A stretch of 64,000 bases of DNA from an uncultured Planctomycetia bacterium (lineage in GTDB: Bacteria; Planctomycetota; UBA8108; UBA1146): NCBI GenBank assembly GCA_964412635.1, contig CAYPPQ010000005.1:8179-72178 (forward strand). Reading direction: 5' to 3'. The first letter of the stretch is position 1. Every line of letters begins with the position of its first letter. A program made the position numbers and the translations under genes. The notes beneath the pieces were generated by a model. That model had not been told where the DNA came from, ran no database searches, and saw only the letters and a program-made list of their open reading frames with translations. Of the stretch, positions 57,377 through 64,000 are shown piece by piece.

Positions 57377-57391
57377 TTTCACGACGTGAAA
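57377..57391. promoter_or_regulatory. Perfect 7-1-7 inverted repeat TTTCACG-A-CGTGAAA in a 700-bp AT-rich non-coding region
   Basis: Read directly in the sequence. Lies within the unusually long 57020-57724 intergenic region upstream of the sialate-O-acetylesterase-like gene. Confidence 0.3.
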
Positions 57392-57724
57392 TCGATCAAA
57401 CTTGTAGATGAGAAAACCCACGAATTTCGCCATGAAACTGCGGATGTCCGCCACAATTCGCAACATCCATGATCTTCATTCATCCCGCTCCATTTTGTTA
57501 TCGATGTGATAAAAAAACCTGCTGATCCATGTCGATCAATCACCGTTGTTTGTTTTTCAGTCCTGCAAAGTTTTTTTCCATTTCACGCGAATATCTCCCC
57601 GAAATTGCAACTCGATGCAGTTCCTGCACCTCGCGTTGTCACTGAAAACAACATTGCCTCAACCATTCATCCGCCGGAAGATGCATCCGGTCATCCAGAA
57701 AAGAACCTGCGGAAAGGTGTCGCA

Positions 57725-58894
57725 ATGCATCCCATCCTTATCTCCACACTGTTGCTTGCAACTCTCTTCTCTCCACACTCGATTCAGGACGATGATGCAG
57801 CCGCACCATCTCAGGAAGCAAAGAAGGTGAAGGTCTTCATCCTGGCGGGTCAGTCGAACATGGAGGGACACGGACAGATTCGTAGTCTCGACATCCTCGG
57901 CAACGATCCCAAGCATGGAAATTTGCTCTCGCTGCTGAAGGCAGATGATGGATCGTGGAAGAGTCGCGACGATGTGACCATCTCGTGGCAAGCCAAGGGC
58001 AAGAAGCACGGTCCGTTGACGGTGGGCTGGGGCTACGGCGACAAGGAGATCGGTCCCGAGTTACTGTTCGGTGCCATCGTCGGTGAGCATTTCGATGAAC
58101 CGGTACTGCTCATCAAGACCGCATGGGGTGGTAAGGATGTGTACTGCGATTTCCGTTCCCCCTCCGCCGGAAAACCGACCGGTGCCGATGCCGCCATGCT
58201 GGAACGACAGGCAGGGGAGGGAAATGAACGCAAGGTGGGTCACTACTACCGGCAGATGATCTCGGAGATTCGCCAGTGCCTCGAGCAGATCGACGAGGTG
58301 GTCCCCGGCTACCAGGGTCAGGGCTACGAGCTGGCGGGGATGGCTTGGTTCCAGGGGTGGAATGATTTCTGCCAGTGGCACGTGCAGATCGATGGCAAAC
58401 GAATCGGTGACCAGCTGATCGCCAACTATCCGAACAACCTGGCGGCGATGTTCCAGGATGTTCGCAAGGACCTGGATGCACCACGGATGCCGATCGTCAT
58501 CGGAGAGATGGGGGTCGGCGGACACGAGATGACACGGCGAGCGGAGAAGAATGGCAATGATGGGGAAGCGGTGGCGATGGTGAACTTCCGTCGTGCCCAG
58601 AAGGCGGTCGCCAGCAATCCTGACCTCGATCGGGTCTATTTCGTACCGACCTGTGATTACTGGGATGTTCGATTGCAGCAGCTACGACGCATCAGCGACG
58701 ACTGGTGGAACGAAAAGCGTGAGAAGGGCATCGCCGACACCGAGGAGAATCACCTGCCCACTCCAGAACTGAACCGTGAGTTCCAGAGTCGTGGAGGTCA
58801 CTGGTACTGCCACTACAACGGATCCGCCTCCAACTACTCGCTGGTCGGCTATGCCCTCGCCCAGATGCTGTTGAAGGAGTCGGCGGGGCCGTGA
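57725..58894 (+). CDS. Sialate O-acetylesterase-like (SASA/DUF303) carbohydrate esterase, secreted
   Basis: GGAAAGG SD followed by ATG (MHPILISTLLLATLF, signal). VKVFILAGQSNMEGHG is the SASA-family active-site block. Confidence 0.75.
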   Translation: MHPILISTLLLATLFSPHSIQDDDAAAPSQEAKKVKVFILAGQSNMEGHGQIRSLDILGNDPKHGNLLSLLKADDGSWKSRDDVTISWQAKGKKHGPLTVGWGYGDKEIGPELLFGAIVGEHFDEPVLLIKTAWGGKDVYCDFRSPSAGKPTGADAAMLERQAGEGNERKVGHYYRQMISEIRQCLEQIDEVVPGYQGQGYELAGMAWFQGWNDFCQWHVQIDGKRIGDQLIANYPNNLAAMFQDVRKDLDAPRMPIVIGEMGVGGHEMTRRAEKNGNDGEAVAMVNFRRAQKAVASNPDLDRVYFVPTCDYWDVRLQQLRRISDDWWNEKREKGIADTEENHLPTPELNREFQSRGGHWYCHYNGSASNYSLVGYALAQMLLKESAGP

Positions 58895-58903
58895 GCTGTG
58901 CCC

Positions 58904-59911
58904 TCATCGTTTCAAACGGGAATAGATCTTCAACTGTTGCTCCCTCGGCAGCGCCATGAACTCGTTGAAGGCAGCGTAAAACTCTTCCTTGCTATCCATC
59001 CCCACGAAGCGGCACAGAGCATCTTCCCAGCCCAGTTTCTTCACCATGGGGAAGAAGCGATCACGCAGGGATGAGACCCTTTGATCTGATGAGTTGTGCA
59101 CCATGAACACCGTTGCCCACGCCCCCGCGTCATAGGCCAGCTCGCGGTGATAGCGAGCCACCTCTTCGGGGGCGGTCTCGATCTCTTCCATGTCGGCGAT
59201 GGTGAGATCGGGATCGTCGATGCGAAGGGCACTCTCCATCACCCATTCCATCCGTTGAAGCGGATCCCATCCATCCTGCTGCGGAGGCAACCACGCCTCG
59301 CAGAAGACCGCTCCCCCCTCTGCCATCCAGGTCGGGATCTCCCCCACCGATTGCTGAAAAACATGGGTGTACTCGTGGATGCCGCGAAGCACCGGATCGG
59401 CGATGGGGTCATTCTTGAAGTACCACTGGTGGACATTGATGAAGATCAGCTCTGCCAGGTAGGGATCCCCATCACGAATCTCCGACAGGTACGCTTCTGC
59501 ATCTCCCCTGCTGGTAACCTCCTGAAACTGTCGCTTGCCGTGGGGGATGCATTCGGCGATCGACCGTGTCGAGGTACTGGTGCGCCATTCACAGTACTCC
59601 TCGATGAAGTCACTCCACTGCTCCTCGGTGCTGGAACTCTCATCCTCGCTGCCGGCGATCCACACATGCGGAGGACCAAAACTACCCCAGTAGCTTCGGG
59701 CCACTTCGACCCCTTCCTCGATCTGCTCCAGCCACTTCCGGTCGTAACCCTCCAGCAGATGATAGACCGGCGCCTCATCGGTGGCATCGAGGGGCCTGAA
59801 GCCGATCCATCGACTGTTCCCTCCATCGTCTCTCTCGGCAGGTCCGTGACAACTCAGCAAGGGAAGGAGTAGTGGCACCATCAGGATCAGCCATCGCCAT
59901 GTAGATTTCAT
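58904..59911 (-). CDS. Lipoprotein with a HExxH zincin-like motif (putative metallopeptidase)
   Basis: Lipobox LLSCHG. GIHEYTHVFQQSVGEIPTWMAEGGAVF contains HExxH with downstream Glu candidates. Confidence 0.5.
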   Translation of the reverse strand: MKSTWRWLILMVPLLLPLLSCHGPAERDDGGNSRWIGFRPLDATDEAPVYHLLEGYDRKWLEQIEEGVEVARSYWGSFGPPHVWIAGSEDESSSTEEQWSDFIEEYCEWRTSTSTRSIAECIPHGKRQFQEVTSRGDAEAYLSEIRDGDPYLAELIFINVHQWYFKNDPIADPVLRGIHEYTHVFQQSVGEIPTWMAEGGAVFCEAWLPPQQDGWDPLQRMEWVMESALRIDDPDLTIADMEEIETAPEEVARYHRELAYDAGAWATVFMVHNSSDQRVSSLRDRFFPMVKKLGWEDALCRFVGMDSKEEFYAAFNEFMALPREQQLKIYSRLKR

Positions 59912-60034
59912 ATCGATTCACCTCCGTCACCACAACTGCAGCGGTCTTCACATCTGTTCGATACTGAAGTGTTCGGGAGCACTAACAATGGCAAATGGTG
60001 CGACCCATCGGTGCTGATCATCGGAACACGTTGT

Positions 60035-61606
60035 TCAGGGGCAGTCGGTGTAGGTCAAGCACTCCAGCGGCTCCGCTGTGGTTGGATCGGTTCCACAACT
60101 GGTGGGTGCCGGCAACGGACTTGCCGGAGATCCGAACATCCAGGAGAGCACTGCGACGGCATCCGCAACATCGATGACCCCATCGTCGTTCCCGTCGCAG
60201 GCGTCCTCGCATTCCAGCGTCGGCGGTACCGGAACGGGAAACAGTGAGATCAACAAGTTGACCGCGTCGGCGAGGTTGATCACTCCGTCGGTGTTGCAAT
60301 CACCACGTACGAACTGCGCCGCAGCGGGCAATTCGCTCCGCAGCGTCGGTCGATCAAAGGGAAAGGTCTCGTTGGCCACCCGTGGATCGGTCAGCCCGTT
60401 GGTGAGGAACTCGACCACGGCCGGTTGCCACTGCAAAGGTAAAGACATGTCGCTGTAGACGGTAGATGCGCCTGGAGAACCTCCGGAGCTGGGGATCGGA
60501 GACTGATCGGCGCTGAACTGGGTGTGGCCGCTTAGCGGATCAAGAAGGGGCCATGCAGGGGCGTTGTAGTAATCGATGGCATCCTGCACACCGGTCACCC
60601 ATCCCACATGCATCTGGGCCGGTCGCAGACTCGCATTCCTGAGAGTTGGCGTCTTGAAACTGCCCCGGTGTGCCACATCACCGGTGACATTGTATCTCCC
60701 GAGGTCATCAGAGGACGGGCGAAGGCCGATGTTGTAGAACTCGTTGTCGGTGAAGAGCGGCAAGGTGTGGCAACTGAAACACGCAGTACTTCCCTCCAGA
60801 ACATTGAACCCCGCCTGTTGTTGCTGGGTCATCGTACCGAGGTCGAAGGGCGTCTGGTCGGGGATCAGCGTCCGTTCGTAGGTGGCGATGGCAAAGGCGA
60901 TTCGCTCGGCGGTGATCTCCGCAGATCCGAAGGCAGCTTCGAACAGGTCGGGGTAGTCGATGCTCCCCACCAGGGTTGCAGCAACATCCGCAGGCAAGTC
61001 GGTGCCGAGTGCAAGCGGTACCACAAGCTCCATCTTCGCCACCAGATCATCCCAGGTGCGACCTTCGAAGGCCATCTCCACGTCGCTGAGAAGTGGTCCG
61101 ACCGCCTGACTCTCCAGAGCTCCTCCGCTGGCGATGCTCACCTCTCCCGTCTGTGGATTGATGAATGTGCCGCTGGCGCGGCCATCCCAGAACATCTCCG
61201 GAGCCCATTGCGATCCGATGACAGGCTGAGCAGAGCGGCCTGTCACCTGAACCTCGAAGTCGAAGAGAGGATCCAGGAGCGGATTGCCCAGTAGATCTGC
61301 ACGGGCGACCCCCGGGGAACCGACGATGTCATCGTCGGTCCCGAACAACCCATCGGGACCGGGGTGCGTACCGAGCCTGGGATCAGCCCCGCCGGCGTTC
61401 GGCCGATGACAGGTACCGCAGGCGACGGTGTCATCGCTCGAGAGCTGTTCATCCCAGAACAGGATCTTGCCGAGGATACGCTTCTCTTCCGTCGGAGGAT
61501 TCTCTGCGGGAAAGGGAACGGGAGGGAGTTGCCCTACGACCGCTGTCGAGCAAATCAGACATTGGACTACAACCAGGATGGCTACAAACCTCGCACTCAA
61601 TTGCAT
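60035..61606 (-). CDS. Di-haem cytochrome c peroxidase (CCP/MauG family) fused to a C-terminal dockerin-like module
   Basis: GAGGGAGAG SD followed by ATG (MQLSARFVAILVV, signal). ILGKILFWDEQLSSDDTVACGTCHRP (haem 1) and ACFSCHTLPLFTDNEFYNIGLRP (haem 2). C-terminus carries RGDCNTDGVINLADAVNLLISLF and DGNDDGVIDVADAVAVLSWMF followed by SCGTDPTTAEPLECLTYTDCP-COOH. Confidence 0.85.
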   Translation of the reverse strand: MQLSARFVAILVVVQCLICSTAVVGQLPPVPFPAENPPTEEKRILGKILFWDEQLSSDDTVACGTCHRPNAGGADPRLGTHPGPDGLFGTDDDIVGSPGVARADLLGNPLLDPLFDFEVQVTGRSAQPVIGSQWAPEMFWDGRASGTFINPQTGEVSIASGGALESQAVGPLLSDVEMAFEGRTWDDLVAKMELVVPLALGTDLPADVAATLVGSIDYPDLFEAAFGSAEITAERIAFAIATYERTLIPDQTPFDLGTMTQQQQAGFNVLEGSTACFSCHTLPLFTDNEFYNIGLRPSSDDLGRYNVTGDVAHRGSFKTPTLRNASLRPAQMHVGWVTGVQDAIDYYNAPAWPLLDPLSGHTQFSADQSPIPSSGGSPGASTVYSDMSLPLQWQPAVVEFLTNGLTDPRVANETFPFDRPTLRSELPAAAQFVRGDCNTDGVINLADAVNLLISLFPVPVPPTLECEDACDGNDDGVIDVADAVAVLSWMFGSPASPLPAPTSCGTDPTTAEPLECLTYTDCP

Positions 61607-61833
61607 CGATACTCTCCCTCGAAAACAATCTGGCTGGATCGGACGTGTGTAGAACATTGAAGTGTAGTCGCAAGCGCACGATCTGCGCAGGAAAAACAGC
61701 AGGAGTTCCAGTATTGCACATGTTCAATACAATTGATTACCCGGTAACCCTGTATAGTCCCAGAGATCCCAGCGTGGGGATCGGAGATTTTTTCGGACGA
61801 TGAGTTCAGCGATATACTCGGGATGAGGTAGCG

Positions 61834-63417
61834 ATGCACGAGCAACTTCGACTGGTTCTCGGCCTATCCTTCGTAGTTGTACTCTTCGTCGGATCTTCAT
61901 ATCCCGGCACCGATCATCCTGCCCCGCTGCCCAACATTCTCTTCATCCTCGCCGACGATCTCGGCTACGGAGATGTTGGTTGCTACAACTCCCAATCAAA
62001 GGTGGCGACCCCGTATCTCGATCAACTTGCCAGCGAGGGGATGCGATTCACCGATGCTCATTCTCCGGCGACCGTTTGTACTCCCACTCGCTACAGCCTG
62101 ATGACGGGCCGCATGGCGTTTCGTAGCGGCTACCGCGGTGTCTTCACCGGAGTTGGAGGTCCCTGCCTCATCGAGAAGGAACGGCTGACACTTCCGCAGA
62201 TGTTACGAAACCAGGGCTACACCACCGCCTGTTTCGGCAAGTGGCACATCGGCTTGACCTTTCTCGACAACGACGGAAATCGCATCGAGAAGCGGGGGGT
62301 CGAGGGTGTCGAACTGATCGACTACACCAGGGCGATCCCCGACGCACCGATCCATCGTGGCTTCGATCACTTCTACGGCACCGCCTGCTGCCCCACCACC
62401 GACTGGCTCTACGCCTACATCGACGGCGATCGAATCCCGGTTCCTCCCAGCCGACTGATCGACAAGAGCAAGTTACCGAAACACCCCTACGGCAACGACT
62501 GTCGCCGTGGCAGGATCGCAGACAACTTCGACCTCGAGCAGGTCGACCTGGTGTTCCTCGAGAAGAGCCAGCAGTTTCTCGAGAAGCACGTCAAGTCGAC
62601 CCCGGACACCCCCTTCTTTCTCTTCCACTCGATGCAGGCGGTACACCTGCCTTCCTTCGCTGCCGAACGGTTCCAGGGCAAGAGTGGTGCTGGGCCCCAC
62701 GGAGACTTCCTCTTCGAGATGGATACCATCGTCGGCGAACTGCTGAAGACCCTCGAAGATCTCGGTGTCGCCGACAACACGCTGGTGATCTTTGCCAGCG
62801 ACAACGGTCCGGAAGTTCCCACCGTCCTCGACATGCGCAAGACCCACCAGCACGACGGCGCCCGGCCATGGCGTGGGGTCAAACGCGATCAGTGGGAAGG
62901 GGGCCACCGCACGCCGTTCATCGTCCGCTGGCCCGGCAAGATCAAGGCGGGCAGCAGCAGCGATCAGTTGCTGAGCCTCACCGATGTGATGGCGACGCTG
63001 GCGCAGATCAGTGGAGCGACCCTGCCACATGATGCCGGGGAAGACAGCTACAACATGCTGCCGGTGCTTCTTGGAACCCAGGGAGAGAAACCTGTGCGCC
63101 GTTTCCTGTTGCAGCAGACGATGTCACTGGCGATGTCGATTCGCGATGGCCAGTGGAAGTACCTCGACCACAAGGGATCGGGGGGCAACAACTACCAGCG
63201 AGGTGGGGCCTGGGGGATGAAACCCTACGCCCTGGAGAACAACGATCCCGATGCCCCCGGGCAACTCTACAATCTCGAGACTGACCTCGGCGAGAGGGAG
63301 AACCTCTTCAGCCAGCAGCCGCAAAGGGTCAAGGAGATGAAGGCAAGGTTACAGCACTTCATGAAGAGTGGACGGAGCGCTCCGACTCGAACCGTCGAGG
63401 GCGTGCGGCAGCAGTAG
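61834..63417 (+). CDS. Sulfatase (formylglycine-dependent arylsulfatase family)
   Basis: Signal peptide. ILFILADDLGYGD and the CTPTR (C-x-P-x-R) formylglycine motif followed by SLMTGR. Confidence 0.85.
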   Translation: MHEQLRLVLGLSFVVVLFVGSSYPGTDHPAPLPNILFILADDLGYGDVGCYNSQSKVATPYLDQLASEGMRFTDAHSPATVCTPTRYSLMTGRMAFRSGYRGVFTGVGGPCLIEKERLTLPQMLRNQGYTTACFGKWHIGLTFLDNDGNRIEKRGVEGVELIDYTRAIPDAPIHRGFDHFYGTACCPTTDWLYAYIDGDRIPVPPSRLIDKSKLPKHPYGNDCRRGRIADNFDLEQVDLVFLEKSQQFLEKHVKSTPDTPFFLFHSMQAVHLPSFAAERFQGKSGAGPHGDFLFEMDTIVGELLKTLEDLGVADNTLVIFASDNGPEVPTVLDMRKTHQHDGARPWRGVKRDQWEGGHRTPFIVRWPGKIKAGSSSDQLLSLTDVMATLAQISGATLPHDAGEDSYNMLPVLLGTQGEKPVRRFLLQQTMSLAMSIRDGQWKYLDHKGSGGNNYQRGGAWGMKPYALENNDPDAPGQLYNLETDLGERENLFSQQPQRVKEMKARLQHFMKSGRSAPTRTVEGVRQQ

Positions 63418-63477
63418 CAAGACCGTTGTCGAAACCTGCGACACCTTCTGATCACTGGCGAGAGAAGTGAAGTTCAT

Positions 63478-63516
63478 GCCGGAGCGGGCAAATCTACCCG
63501 CTCCGGCATTTCAGTT
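63478..63516 (+). terminator. Possible terminator hairpin downstream of the sulfatase gene
   Basis: 11-bp stem GCCGGAGCGGG / CCCGCTCCGGC with an 8-nt loop followed by ATTTCAGTTG (weak U-tract). Confidence 0.3.
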
Positions 63517-63803
63517 GCGCAAACTGATCCTGTTCATGAAGACACCAACTCATCTTGACGACGGTGAAGAAAACTCGGTTCCCTACTCCTGAAAAATATT
63601 CGTTCCCTTTCATCAGTTGCGTAAGTTCCGACACAGTCACATCGAAGTTGTAATCTCGATTTCACAATTCCTGTCGTTACATTGCGCCAATATGAAACAC
63701 TCGCGAAAGATCTGTTCACTCGATGAAATAACCGGAGTGATTTCTTCGTTTGCTCCGTCCTTCATCTTGATCCCGCCACGGATTTCTCGAGAAAGGAGAA
63801 CCC

Positions 63804-64000
63804 ATGCGTAGAGAACCAGGACCCGAACGGTTCGTTCTTCAACACATCGGTGCTCTCATCTTCGGATTGTTCTTGTGGGCGGGAATTTCAGGCAGCGCGA
63901 CTGTTGCCACCGCTCAAGACTCTCCGGATGGGAACATCAACAACCAGCCCAGGATGACTATGGATCTTCCAGCAGGGGGAGGAGATCTCGTTGAAGGAGT
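63804..64000 (+). CDS. Secreted hypothetical protein, 5' part only (runs off the window)
   Basis: AAGGAG SD 6 nt before ATG. N-terminal signal-like segment (HIGALIFGLFLWAGISGSATVATA). ORF is open to the window end. Confidence 0.4.
   Translation, partial: MRREPGPERFVLQHIGALIFGLFLWAGISGSATVATAQDSPDGNINNQPRMTMDLPAGGGDLVEG

Noticed and set aside
57377-57391. CRP/FNR-type binding site
   Set aside because: The half-sites are CGTGA with a 1-bp spacer, not TGTGA-N6-TCACA. Geometry is incompatible with CRP-family dimers.
57161-57472. 103-aa ORF in the AT-rich tract as a possible PIN/VapC toxin remnant partnering the RHH gene
   Set aside because: Only a vague LLVVDS similarity to a PIN N-terminus. 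Too short after that point, no Asp/Glu catalytic quartet, and the frame spans GC-rich then AT-rich DNA, which is inconsistent with a real gene.
57020-57724. RNase P RNA, tmRNA or 6S RNA in the long non-coding tract
   Set aside because: No GGAAAGUCCGG (P4) motif, no tmRNA tag-reading frame with a T-arm/CCA end, and no obvious 6S bubble could be recognised by eye. An Infernal scan is still needed.
1-64000. CRISPR arrays, tRNA/rRNA genes, insertion sequences, integrases, phage structural genes
   Set aside because: No direct-repeat/spacer arrays, no cloverleaf-compatible GTTC...CCA-type segments in intergenic regions, and no transposase/integrase motifs (DDE, tyrosine recombinase R-H-R-Y) were seen in any frame.

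Overview
This 64 kb window is high-GC (about 60%), gene-dense chromosomal DNA that looks like a Planctomycetota (PVC-group) genome. The evidence for that is a PSD1-type giant protein (PSCyt+DUF1549+DUF1553) immediately followed by a DUF1501 protein, an ASPIC/UnbV FG-GAP protein followed by two TPR proteins with overlapping starts, several proteins with C-terminal dockerin-like Ca-binding repeats, and sulfatase/fucosidase/sialate-O-acetylesterase/DUF1080 glycan-processing genes. I call about 46 protein-coding genes. I found no rRNA, tRNA, CRISPR array, transposase or integrase. The supplied ORF track uses GTG/TTG as well as ATG starts, and in this GC-rich DNA it contains many long antisense ORFs that I treat as spurious. 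Where an internal ATG with a Shine-Dalgarno-like motif fits better, I moved the start. The housekeeping genes I recognise are nth, glnE, an sdh/frd-type CAB operon, an M1 metallopeptidase, alkaline phosphatase, a hybrid histidine kinase and an SPFH protein. Five things stand out. First, a set of secreted proteins (165-1514, 18380-19264, 19279-22272, 60035-61606) combine cohesin-like beta-sandwich modules with a C-terminal tandem dockerin-like module, and the dockerin module ends in a conserved Cys-rich tail (..CGxDPTxxxLxCxxYxxCP-COOH). This looks like a non-cellulosomal cohesin/dockerin surface-assembly system, and one member is a di-heme cytochrome c peroxidase. Second, at 22517-29793 a giant protein has an Avs/NLR-like layout (unknown N-terminal domain, STAND NTPase with a degenerate Walker A but intact Walker B, TPR array). 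It sits next to an orphan GroES paralog with a Pro-rich insertion and a TPR-class III nucleotidyl cyclase that is translationally coupled to a DUF1080 protein. Third, a cNMP-binding protein and a class II (MBL-fold) cyclic-nucleotide phosphodiesterase form a small operon. Fourth, there are two low-GC islands: a hypothetical gene bounded by a strong bidirectional terminator, and a thioredoxin-like gene. Fifth, a 700 bp AT-rich non-coding region carrying a perfect palindrome lies downstream of an Arc-type RHH gene. All product calls rest on motifs I read by eye and recall from the named protein families. No database search was run.
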